DNA of 63,994 nucleotides, filler included, from Basidiobolus ranarum (Eukaryota): NCBI GenBank assembly GCA_040143965.1. It is 5 parts of 5 records of this genome, joined end to end, with 100 filler letters (N's around TTAATTAATTAA, not from the genome) between each part and the next. Parts side by side here need not be neighbours in the genome. Positions count along the whole stretch, not along the records: positions 12,967 to 25,779 come from JASJQH010000518.1; positions 25,880 to 38,681 come from JASJQH010000519.1; 3 more parts are not named here. One strand, 5' to 3'. Shown piece by piece: positions 23,300 to 34,924 of this stretch (position 1 is its first letter; each line of letters starts with the position of its first letter). The notes under the pieces were generated by a model. It saw only the letters and a program-made list of their open reading frames with translations, ran no database searches and was not told where the DNA came from. The position numbers and the translations under genes were made by a program.

Positions 23300-25300
23300 A
23301 ATCTTGCACGTTCATATTGTACCATCCTAATTGGCAAGACTTATTTAAGTTAACCTCAAGATATGTTTGCTTAGAAGCTGTCTGATTCTTACCATAGGTG
23401 ACTAAAGAGACTTGTTGTAGCTTACAATCATGGGCTCAGCCGTCATATACTGTACCATGAGAAACATTTGGTGTGAGGCCTGAGACCACTACTTTTACAC
23501 TCTGATACGTGTGCAGCACTATCAGCGAATATAGGCTCTGTCTATGACTGGCCATGACCAGATTTATATAAAACTCATGCCTGAAAGCAGCGTAAAATAT
23601 ATGAAATTTACTGAAACATCTTACCTGGTCTCTTTAAAGGGGGAGATGAAAATTGCTATGAATTAATCTCTTAAGAAATGATCCAAGCACACAACTGATG
23701 CTAACACCTAATTTCCATTTAAGTGCAGGGACTTCCCTAACCCGAAATACAATCATATTGGTTTGAGAATAAAGCAACTGTGTAGTTTTGATGTTACCTA
23801 CCTGAGTCAGTAATACAGAAAGCTACCCCAATTCCTAGGTCTTTACTGTGAATACTATTAGTCTTCATTAGGTAAGTAAGGCCACTGGGCAAATTAAAAC
23901 TAACAGAGCTATTGAACTGAATATGGGAACAAATATAAGAGTTAGTAAGTGCCTCAAGTAAACAGTGTTACTAGAGTAGATTCATGAAGTGGCCACAAAG
24001 TAATTTTTAACAGGGTAATTACTTTCCTCTTAAAGCCTCACCCTAACTGTTGCTTGAAATATAAACAAAATAATTGTGTCTGTTAAGCATGTATACTGCT
24101 TGACTCTTCTAGTGTACAGGTCTGTCTTTCATACCAGTCCATAGCTGACCCAGGTCTACAAGTGACATCCCAAGCAGCTAGTATTCTTGGTACTTAACTC
24201 CAATTTGAATATCAAGTATATGCTGCCCTGCTGAATGTCAATGTCATAAATATAACACATGCTAACATGGCCTAATATTTTTTAATAATTCTCTCAGCCT
24301 GCCTCCAATGTACCCAGTTTCATGGTCACATCTGATGAGATGAGGGACTTAAATAGCTAAGGTATTTTTGGATTTTCTTATGAATCGTCCAGTTGTAAAA
24401 CTATGGGTCCTTCAAGCAGAATATGTTCAAAAATCTCCAAGGAATATGTGTACAAAGCTTGGGGTCCTCGGGACAAGTTTGAGAATGTCATATAGCCTTA
24501 GAACATCAAAGGTGGTAAAGATATTCATTGTAAATTCCAAATGAAGAAGTTGATCACTAATGTAGCAAAATTTAGGTTACTAGCTATATGACTAAACAGA
24601 GGCTTAAGCTATGTAATTTTCAAGCATCACTTTAGCTATGTCATTCTCGACATATAGAGCAGCAATTGAAGTATTATACTAGTTAATAACATTTTAGATA
24701 GCTCAATCTGTGTTATTAGTGCAGAAAGATATTGAGAACCAGATCAAATAACTTAATGCTCTAACCTAGTTGCAGAAACAGTGAATTGCAATAACCAATT
24801 TCAAGTCTATCAAGCACATATGGAGATTCTTAAATCAAATACAACCAAAAGATCCTAACAATAAGAGTGAAGAGGAATTAAGTAGTCCAAGATACAAAAG
24901 GAACATTGTCAAGCCTTAATCAGCAGTATGTCTAGAGGTCTTGCAGTCATTGGTGAGGAAAAAGAAGAAAATGCATGGAGTTCATGCAAATAATATACTT
25001 ATTCCAAAATTTTTAAATAAGCTATGGTCAAACTGATGCAGTGGAATCAACTACTATGGTTGCTAACATGGTAATCAGTAAAGAAATCAACGCATTGCTT
25101 TGATGATGTACCTACCAAGTTATATGGCAAGTGTTATAGTAATTAGACACCCTAGTAAAAAGATGCCTGTCTTTTCAAATTGAATGCTAAGCCAATGAAT
25201 CAGATATGAACATCCCATAGGCTGGTGTATCCATCCTATTATCCTTTCCACAGTAGATACCTTATATAAGTAACTGAGCCATGGATTGTTTACTAAATAT
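23300..25300. repeat. CpG-depleted degenerate transposon zone
   Basis: No credible ORF over about 2 kb, very few CpG, and contains a copy of repeat family B. Confidence 0.55.
24415..24625 (+). repeat. Dispersed repeat family B, divergent copy
   Basis: atgtgtacaaagcttgggg..aagtttgagaat..agaacatcaaaggtgg..atattc..gtaaattcc..tatatgacta aligns with 43778-43998. Confidence 0.6.
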
Positions 25301-25301
25301 A

Positions 25302-25779
25302 CCACCTCCGTTTTATTCTAAAGTATATAGATTCCCTCACCTTCCGAGCACAGCCACACCATCTGCTTTCAGTACCTAAAGTAAACGTATTGAAATCAAA
25401 ATCTAATAAGACATATCGTATATTCTTGTTCTTATTTCATTTCCAAAAAAACCTTTTATACCTGGTGGAGAGAGGTTCCTTCAATCTGCAAAAACGTTCT
25501 GGTCTTTCCCCATTCGAGCGCAAGTTCAAAAGGATATGTCAAAGTAGCACCCAGATCACGGTTCCAAAGACAAAGGGGAGAATCTTCAGTATTATTGGCC
25601 ACGACCTTTAAACACTGTTGGTTTTTGCACCTGAACAGAAATTAGGCTTGAATTGTTGACTTGCATATAAAAAGTATTTACCTTAAAAGGCCACAATAGG
25701 ATACTTTCCTCGTTTGTATGGTCTAGGATTTTGGACTTTTTGAAACTTTTCGAGTTCAGCTTTCTGGAAAGTAAGGCAC
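25302..25779 (-). mobile_element. 3' end of a Fanzor-carrying transposon (Fanzor C-terminus, non-coding tail and putative terminus)
   Basis: Fanzor-like peptide followed about 70-140 nt downstream by ...AATAAAACGGAGGTGG|TA (plus strand TA-CCACCTCCGTTTT at 25300-25314). The rest of the element is lost at the contig end. Confidence 0.65.
25369..25779 (-). pseudogene. Fanzor (eukaryotic TnpB homologue) C-terminal Zn-ribbon/RuvC-III region, frameshifted, with an intron
   Basis: CLTFQKAELEKFQKVQNPRPYKRGKYPIV [frameshift] LLR |intron 25631-25681| CKNQQCLKVVANNTEDSPLCLWNRDLGATL [frameshift] HILLNLRSNGERPERFCR. This matches the fungal Fanzor1 pattern 'CPxC..LE.F..V.NPRPY.R...P.V.CHGLLRC.N..C...LWNRD.AA.LNFR.IL..LR..G.RP.RF.R' as I recall it. 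Confidence 0.85.
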
Positions 25780-25879
25780 NNNNNNNNNNNNNNNNNNNNN
25801 NNNNNNNNNNNNNNNNNNNNNNNTTAATTAATTAANNNNNNNNNNNNNNNNNNNNNNNNNNNNNNNNNNNNNNNNNNNN
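25780..25879. other. Artificial contig-joining linker
   Basis: N44-TTAATTAATTAA-N44. Confidence 0.98.
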
Positions 25880-26035
25880 ATCAACAAAGCCATTGTCTGG
25901 GATGAGGAGACTCTCTTGGAGTATCTTGAAAACCCTAAAACCTACATTCCAGGAACCAAGATGGCCTTTGCTGGCTTCAAGAAGCCCAAGGACCGCGCGG
26001 ATTGCGTTGCATACCTAAAGGAATCCACCGCATAA
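25880..26035 (+). CDS. CYC1: Cytochrome c, C-terminal half (5' part lost at the contig start)
   Basis: [51 protein letters not shown]. Not in the ORF track. Confidence 0.95.
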   Translation: MNKAIVWDEETLLEYLENPKTYIPGTKMAFAGFKKPKDRADCVAYLKESTA

Positions 26036-26405
26036 AATATCCTGACTCAAACTACACTGCATGTAAACATTGTCGCATAGAACACGAAGTGTTCAGCATT
26101 TCTATCAATAAACCTGACTTGACAAATATCAGACATTTTAATATAGTGTTCAAACCTTAAAATTATCTTGGAAACCCAGGTACAGTACTACTCAATTCAC
26201 CCGAAAAAGCACACATCGGGAACCTGAAGCAGTGACTAGTTTTAATTACCAAGCAGCTTCGTTTACAATGTTAACGAAACCACCTTATATTGTGACCACT
26301 AACTGTTTAATTTATCAGAATACTTGTTTGGAACTCGTATTGTAGCATACCATATCTTTATTAGTTATGATTGGAAATATTTACACAGATAAGTAGGGGA
26401 AGACT

Positions 26406-26750
26406 TTACTTCGCACTTGTATACTTGGTAACAGCCTTAGTACCTTCGGAGACAGCATGTTTAGCTAACTCTCCTGGTAGTAAAAGTCTAACAGCTGTTT
26501 GGATTTCACGTGAGGAAATAGTACTCTTCTTGTTGTATGCAGCTAACTTGGAGGCCTCTTCAGCAACGCGTTCGAAAATATCGACAACAAAGGAGTTCAT
26601 GATAGACATGGCCTTGTTAGAGATACCAGTATCGGGGTGAACTTGTTTAAGGACCTTGTAGATGTAGGAAGCATAGGACTCCTTTCTGGATTTGTTTCTG
26701 GACTTTCCTCCTTCCTTCTTCTCAACATTCGATGCTTCTTTGGGAGCCAT
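26406..26750 (-). CDS. HTB: Histone H2B
   Basis: [37 protein letters not shown]...[32 protein letters not shown]. Confidence 0.97.
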   Translation of the reverse strand: MAPKEASNVEKKEGGKSRNKSRKESYASYIYKVLKQVHPDTGISNKAMSIMNSFVVDIFERVAEEASKLAAYNKKSTISSREIQTAVRLLLPGELAKHAVSEGTKAVTKYTSAK

Positions 26751-26808
26751 GATATAGTAGAATTTAGTAGACTTGAGTTTGTATGGATTGTCAGTACCAG
26801 ATTCTCAA

Positions 26809-27040
26809 TTTATAGTTGATTCAAAATAATTTCGATTTTCCTAAAACTTAATCTTTAAATGCTCATCCAATCAATGGCCCAAATCATTTTCCGTCTATAC
26901 TAAACATTTTGATTTTGATGGAATGTATTGGCATTTGATTGGTGAGCTTCGGAATTGAATTGAATTTTTTTCCACATTTAAGGTAATATCTAGATGGAAT
27001 TCGAGACGCGTCTAAGCACTACGCGTTAAAAGGCGCGTGA
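26809..27040 (-). promoter_or_regulatory. H2B upstream region: TATA-like box, CCAAT boxes and MCB-like ACGCGT cluster
   Basis: CTATAAA on the minus strand at about 26809-26815; CCAAT/ATTGG at about 26867, 26927 and 26938; ACGCGT at 27006 and 27021; GCGCGT at 27033. Confidence 0.5.
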
Positions 27041-28455
27041 ATTGGATTCAAGAATTACATATTGAATTCCAAATATATCTAGCCTCATGATGATGACTAA
27101 CTAATCCGTTTTGTCTATGCGTTAGTTCTATTTTTAAGGTTACAGCTTACTGGTCTTAAGGAAGGGAGAATCTAGTAAATAACAAACTTTGGTGATATTT
27201 GGGTTATGTTATCAATCTGTTTCTAAGATAATTGAACATTCTTTATTCGCGTTTCTTGCTTGATACAGGCTCTTTAAAGTGTTCAAAGTTTTGTGTCGAG
27301 GTTTCCAAATCTCGTTATCTTCCTCAATAGCTCATATACATATAGCTTGGAGTATCTATGTTAGAGATTCAAACTTGTATGCTCTATACACTTGAGACTT
27401 GATTCTATTAGTGGACATAACTCTCCTTGGGAGATAACTCTTGAGTTAGAATATCTGGACTCGTACTAATTCCTCACGCTCTGGTATATATGATGGTTCG
27501 AAGCTACCATTTGCAGGATGAGTTTTGTAAGGGCAATTAATCCAAAAAATTTCAAAAATCAACCGATGTGATGGGAATTACTGATATTGTCGTAATCGAC
27601 TAACTAATGGACGATTAGGAGCGACACATGAATCAGGTTCATCTTCCATTGCATGTAATCCTTTTCTGTTGTCTTATGTAAGTAAATTCATTTAATCCAA
27701 ATACAAACTGGGCAATCGAAATACTACTGACATCCAGGGTTAGATTGTTCTGGAATTGGAATGTGACCGATATTTGGTTAAATCAATACTAATTTCATGC
27801 ACTGCAGGGTCGTATATAGCAAGTATTGGTGCCATTTTGATTGGATTTATGCTTAGGGTTATGATTAAAGTTCTGGTTCCTTGCATATTGACCTTACTTC
27901 TATTACATGCTCTTACTCAGGGGTTAGTAGGGTGTTTGGCCGATGAACCAACTATGATGAAGATCCTTTAAACGAGAGATGTTGGATTTGTTGCTAATCA
28001 TTGGTTGAGGATTCCAATACATGGTTACATGATACATCCACATCCTGCATAAATTTGTTCACTGATTTGAGGGAAATTGTGATGATTCAGCGGACTTTTC
28101 TTGATCGTGTTGGATGACTAGCTGACAAGCTGCATGATTTGGTTTTATTGAAATACTTCTTTTAATGTACATGAAAGAAAACGAACAAAAGTGTATGCCG
28201 CGTGATGAGAGAGTGATGGCCGGATTATGATGTTACGAGAGATGCAGTTTATCTGCAGTAACATCGTTTAATCATAGTGAGATAGACAACATAATTTACA
28301 TCTAGGAAAGGTGTATGGGCTAGTCGATAGGGTTCTTGGCTATATATGCACCCCCATGTATGAGTGTACTTGAGTAGACACCAGGGAGTTGAAATAGGGG
28401 TTGTTGGGGAATTATCATGAATTCTGTGTTATTTTCATACAATCGAGCCTCGACG

Positions 28456-30729
28456 TCACCAAAATGTGACTGGAAATCGTTGAGATGCTTTTTTCACTAT
28501 TTTGTAGGTGCTTGAATGAGATGATGTGGGAGTGGCCGCCCCGGATCGTGATGCATCGATTTCCTCTAGTTGATATTTATTGGTACTTGCAGTAGATGGA
28601 GATCTAGTTCTACGAATCTGTGAACATTGAAGTGATGTTAGTACTGTGTTCATTGGAATGTGTAAACATTTAATAGTTACCTCTTGTTGGGCATCTTCCT
28701 TCAAACTCTGCCGACTTCGTGTGAAATGTTTGGACGGGGTAGAAGGAAAGTTTATGAGATTGGAACCGTATAAACTAGTCGGGGTGGTAGGCGAGGATGT
28801 TGAGTATCCGTCGTCAAACTCAGAGACTGGAGTAGACGGTCGACTTAACGACATAACTTCGGATACAACAGTCTTGATACTTCCAAGAGACGTTTGAATT
28901 TCTATATATTTCTCAGAGTTTAAATATCATCCGTACGAGATACTAAAATAAAGTTGACCATTGTTACCTGCTCTTTCCATAAACGCAATCCGCCACATTT
29001 TCATTTCGTTGTCATTTTCAACATAAAGTTTCCCAATTATACTATTCGAAGTAGACGTTCCGTTTTCATTGTATTCTTTGAGATTGAAAATAAACATGAA
29101 CCGACCAGTCGAATGTTCTATCTCAACATAAGCATTCGATAGCGATACAGTACGCTCGTTTTCATTGTCACTCTGTAACACAAGAAGATTAGTAAATTCA
29201 ACCCATGATTAGCGATATTAAGATGATGTTCTAACTTACGCAATGCTTTCTGAACAAGTATAACATTTTTGGTTTGAGACCAATATATACAAGTTCTGGT
29301 TCATCATGCACTTGAAAATAGGCTCTCTTTACAAGTATTTCTTTCTTGAGTTCCAATTCTGCAGTCTTACTATCTTTATGAGAATTGATCAACGAGGAAT
29401 GGGATTCTAAGAAGTTTGATTGTGAGAGATTTGCGACAGTAAATCCTTTTTCTGGACATATCTTACTTGAAAACAATTCGTGTCGAGTGAGTAGAGATTT
29501 TGTACGAGCAATAGAATCATCTTCATCAATCTGACTATCTGATCCCCTGGAAACTTCGGTTGATTTAGAGCACATCGATATTGCTGATTCAAGGGAAAAT
29601 GACTTTTTATGGCGAGAGTGTTCTTCCAGATTCTTGGTTTGAAGACCCTTGAATATTCGTCTCCAGTGGTCATACTCCTGAAGATTGGATTAATACCGAT
29701 AGAAAGTATACACTATGTTGTCAATAAGCTTACATGAAAAGCGGTGGCTTTTAAGTGGAGTGATTTACAACCAATCTTGATTGAGAATTTCCAATTACCA
29801 TCCTCTTCTGGACATAGCTCATTTTCTTCTACGAATATAAAGGAGTCTTGTATATTGAGAATGGCACAAGATGAATCCTACAATTTCAACGACATGTTAG
29901 CTCGTATTACTCCTGATTTGTATATGTTAATTCAATATACCCTTGGTTTACGAGAGTAATATATTACATCTCCCCGTAAGCAAAACCAGCGCAAACTCCA
30001 ACTTTGTGAAAGTCCTTTACCACATTTCTTTAGTAAGTAACCTTCAGCATAGTTCTCAAAATAATTCAGCATCTACCAAGAAATTATGAATATTGGATTA
30101 TATGAAGATAATAAAGCCGTATAACCACACATACCGGTAAAAGAATGAGATTATTACGATGCTGTAGTTCGATTACATCCTTTATAGAACACGAAAATGT
30201 CAAATTTAACAACCATTCCATTTTGATAGCTCAAATATTGCTCAGCACTAAATGTACCTGTTTCTCGAATTGATAAGATGCCAATCGCCGAGAATCGTCT
30301 AGCCAATGTCCCTGGTTTAAGAGGCTTATAAGATGAAGTTTGAATTAATGTAGATATACTTGATCTTACCGCAGCTGGCCAGAATAACCCATACTCCGCG
30401 GACCAGTCTGGTTCGGTATATGAAGAATCCGCTACTTTGGAAGCAGTCTCACGGTCTGGGAGGGAATATGGGGAAAACAAAGTGAATAAAGAGGTCATAT
30501 TCCTCTGTGAAGTAATACCACACTTGGCTAAACACAGCAACTTGGCATGAGCAACATTATCTTTCTTAGAGAAGGATAGTCGTTTCCAAAAGTTTTTGAC
30601 AACATAACGTACGTGAAATTGAAAGTCGCCATTTCGTTCGACGGAGACAGCAGCATCATCCTCAAAAAAGGAATCAGTTGGTGAGGAGTCTCCTATTAGG
30701 TATTGGAAATTGGCTCCTTCCAGTTCCAT
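28456..30729 (-). CDS. Multi-exon PH-domain protein
   Basis: Consecutive minus-strand ORFs with GT-AG junctions. The exon near 29950-30070 reads 'ENYAEGYLLKKCGKGLSQSWSLRWFCLRG' (PH beta1-beta2). A second PH-like block is 'KLYVENDNEMKMWRIAF', followed by an S/T/P-rich tail. Exon edges are approximate. Confidence 0.7.
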
Positions 30730-33338
30730 GTGAATGTACCAGCGAGAATTACGACGAATGTATACAACTTCCGCACTGAGTTAAATATGTATTAGAAGGG
30801 TGAATATACCCACTCTAAAATTCAAGGAGTTGAAAGCGAGCGTTTGACTTTTTCCACACCAGGGAAAAGAGCACAAAGGAAGCTAACAACAGAAAAGAAT
30901 ATAGACCGCGCTGGGTATGAAAGTCAAGTAAGGATGCAGATATGGTGGGGCGTTTATAAACAAGTATAGTAGCTCAAATCGAAGAAAGCCCAAAAACAAG
31001 TAGATAGCTAGTGGAAAAGGCCGATATGATTTATTAATTTCAAGCAATCCTTGAAAGCAAAATGGATTAATTATAAGGAACGAAGGTGGATTTATAGGAA
31101 AGCAAACCCTGTTACATCTGCCATTAAATGCTGCTTTCCTTCCATTTATGTACTTTGATTTAAAGATTCCTTTTCTTTCATCAATCTGATCTGCACTCTG
31201 ATTCCCTCGATCTCATGCAAATCTCACATCGCTTTTCGGCTACAATAGAGTCTAAGTTGGAACAGAAACAGTTCCACATTCGGCATATAGATGTGAATTA
31301 GGTCTTGGAATCCGCAAGGGACAGCCCTCCAGCTACAGAGGACACTCATGCTAATGGATTCCAAACAGCCATTACTCATTTCCAGCGCCGTCAATCTACT
31401 GATGAAACAGCCATCTCAACACTTGAGCCCGCGTGACTTCATTGGGATGTCGAAGGTCTCTACTGCTTGCTGGGCATCAGCCAGAAACAGCTTTGCAAGA
31501 GAAACCGGAACTGGCTCAAAAACGATGTGTACCTATATTGGGTGCTCAGACCTATCCCACAGCATATGCAGTGGAATGATCAATGACCAAATCAAAGCAT
31601 ATGCGCTATGTAACCATTAACAGACCAACATCGCTTGGCAGGCAAGAGTTGAATGGAATGTTCAGGGATAAGTATACCAGGTCGTTTTTGGATTTATAAT
31701 CAGTACTGTAGCACTCTGAGACCCTCACTCAGATCCTCCTTTTAATTTCAAGACAGCAGGAATAGACGAATGGTTGCGAGTTGCTTGGATGTATGACTTG
31801 TATTAGTTCACCCCACTTGGAGAGTTATCTGGATTTTCTGCACGGGATAGAACACTGCAAGTCAGGTTTGTCATTGCATGTCAAACACGCTAATTATTAT
31901 TCTTACACAGATGATACCATACAAACGTGGTTCTCACGTGACCAGGTATCCTCAGCTCGGGTTGAGATACCGAATGAAAGGTGTGCTGATTCAAAGACAG
32001 GGTCGAATGCAGCAGCCAACTGGAAGCTAAGGGTGCATTTGGAACCAGAGGGGATTCGAGTTCGGTTTTCAGGTAAAACCGAAACTTTTCATTACGTTAT
32101 AATCCGCCCTGGCTCGCGGGATCACGATCCGACACCTTTCCTATTCTGTGTATCAATTGGCTCAGGTCTGCACTACAATCATGATACGCAGGCTGATTCA
32201 TTCGCAGGCCCAACGGCTCTCTGGTTGTCCCGGTCTATGGCACGTTTGGTAAGTAGGTCAGTTCATACGGAATGGGAATGTGAAGTTACGGAGCTATTTG
32301 CATGTTGATTATTTAGCTGATAGATCTCTATTTGGGTGGCACAACGCACGAATCTGAGAAACTGGACTCGTGATGTAAACGTCCGCTGCTGTGTAGGTCA
32401 AACAAACATCCAATTAGCTGCTGTTGAGTGACCCCGTAATAGTTCATCACTCTCATGATGCATCTTCGCCGCATATTTTTCATTAGATGTGGTTTGTGTG
32501 ATAAGGATCACGTGGAATCATTTGTATCATTGTATCGATGGCACAACCTGGGCTAGGGTTAGGTGAGTGAGGTTTGATCTGGCAGTTTCAGACCGATTCA
32601 TGCCAATACCACGGATCAAGATGTGTTTGGATATTTTGAACAAATACCGCTCACATATTTATGTCTCTTCATATGAGCAATGAAACAAAGCACCAATGAA
32701 AGCCTGTTATACTTATATCGCATCAATCTCGCAGTCTCCGGCTCTGTTGTGTATTATCACTCAAATCAGTCATACTGTGTCTGGCATCGTTCGGGCCCAA
32801 CATTGGCTACTGGGGATTTGCAACTTTACCCGTCACTTTGACCACACCTGTGGAAGACCTCATTAGTGCTCCAAATCCTATTACATTCCTTAAGAATGTC
32901 TATCCAGGGTTAGGGTTGTCAGCGGACCAATATAAGCTTCCTATTGGCTCAAGGAGAATCAACAGGCCTCAAGTGATCTGGATTGAATTTCATCTGCTTG
33001 TGTCATATAGATTATGCTTTTTCGTAGTAAGAGATTGTTCATATCCAAGTAACATGTTGGTGTATTGATGGCACAGTTATACGTGTATGTGTATACGATC
33101 TGTGCAACTATACAGTTAGAAGGTGTTGAGGTTTGTAACAGCGGTTCATTTCATCTGGTCGCAATATTCTTCCAATATTGGGTCGTGAGAAATTCGTACA
33201 TAGAAGGCACTATATATACAGTGTGAGTCACAAAGTGCTGGCTGCGGAAATCATATATTTAGCAATTTAAATTGGCCTTGGTGGACTCAATAGACAACTT
33301 CCCTAACAAAGTTGAACTAAGTGATATCTGATATTCTT

Positions 33339-33904
33339 ATGAGCAATACTGTCATTGTCCGTAGAGTCGAAACCGATGAACAGCGTGAGGCTGCTTTCGG
33401 TATTAGAAAGACTGTCTTCGTTAAAGAACAGAATTGTAAGGAAGAAAATGAATACGATGAGTAAGTAAAATCTACCTTTCAATTATATCTTCTAACGTGA
33501 ACATAAAAAGAGTAACTGTCTACTTCCACATCTATATGTATCCAATTATTAACAATATTATTCTATACAGGTATGATCCTATCAGCCTTCACTGGTTGGC
33601 CTATGTAGTAGACTCTGACGGTACCGAATTGCCTGTTGGTACAGTAAGACTAGCTGAGTACAAACCTCGAGTAGGGAAGCTAGGGCGCTTAGCTGTTCTG
33701 CGAGAATATCGTGGACTCAAGGTCGGGAAAGCGCTTAGTAAAGCTGTTGAAGATAGAGCACGAGAATTGAATTGGGAAAAGGTCATTCTACATGCTCAGC
33801 AGGATAAAATTGGGTTCTACCAAGCTGTTGGTTATGAAGTCTTCGATGATAACTTATTTTTAGAAGAGGGAATCCCTCATGTCAAAATGGTCAAGACATA
33901 TTAA
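33339..33904 (+). CDS. GNAT acetyltransferase (YjcF/ElaA-like), 2 exons
   Basis: Exons 33339-33460 and 33571-33904: 'IRKTVFVKEQ...ENEYDEYD...GTVRL...KLGRLAVLREYRGLKVGK...LHAQ....GFYQ.VGY.....F.EEGIPHVKM'. Confidence 0.9.
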
Positions 33905-34924
33905 TTAGAAGTACTTTAGTACATTTACATATTTAAAACTTTTCGTTGACTGCTGGTATTCTAGATAGACAAAGTCATCCATCAAATTCCTTTGTTAAGT
34001 TGGGAAGCTGAAATTAACTGTTGAAATGCATCGTAATAAACACTGGTAAATGTGAGGTCTTTACTTAATCTTAGCATGCAAGGTGTATATCAGAGGCTCA
34101 ATCATATTTCTAGATGCCATTCCAGCTTATTGACATGTGCAATGGATAAGTACGCAATAAAGCGTAGTATTTCAAACATTCTTCTGACCAATACTCAGCC
34201 TCACTCTCACGTAGTATTTGTTTTTTAAAATAGCTGACTTCAACCTACTTGTTTAGGAAATACAACACGTCTAATGTAAGTACTCTTACAAATATGATTG
34301 GCAAATATTCAACCTTTGTCATCATCGAGTCGTAGAATGGTGCAATCAACTGAATACACTAGTGATCTCTCGCCAATTCGCAGCTGCGAAGGCGAGTTCT
34401 GAGCTTGAAACACTCCTTGGAAGATGTGTGGTTGTGTGATAACAAATGTAACGATGCATTCCAACGTATAGTTCCAACTCTTCAACTTGGGGGATATATG
34501 CCACGATCAATTTGAGAATGTACAGGTATATTTCTGAATCCATCCTGATGAACTCTCGTAGAGCCCCTGAATTCAGCTATGGGAAAGGCTAAGTCTTGCC
34601 TCATGAGCGAACTGAGAGCACTAGCCAATTGATGACACAAGCAAACCGGCTGCAAACAAGGATAGGGAGTTTACAGAATTACACTCGCTACAAAGTTTCA
34701 TTTGCCAACAATTATTTGGGTCATGGTCGATGAGATCTACCTAGAATCACGCCATATTCTTGATTCTCTGCCAACTTCTATCTAGTATTCACAACAGGCC
34801 TGGATCATAAACATTGCCAAAGGCGCAATGTGAACATCACAAATGCTCCATATAAAACTGGACTTGTCAGCAACTCCAACAACACATACCATTGCTCATT
34901 ACTACTCAGATTTGCAGAGTAAAA

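Noticed and set aside
31228-31260. ATCGCTTTTCGGC resembling the U2 snRNA 5' end
   Set aside because: No GTGTAGTA branch-pairing sequence or Sm site follows.
31781-32308. 175-aa ORF and other short track ORFs overlapping real genes on the opposite strand
   Set aside because: Non-ATG start, no motifs and random-looking composition; the overlapping ones are antisense shadows.
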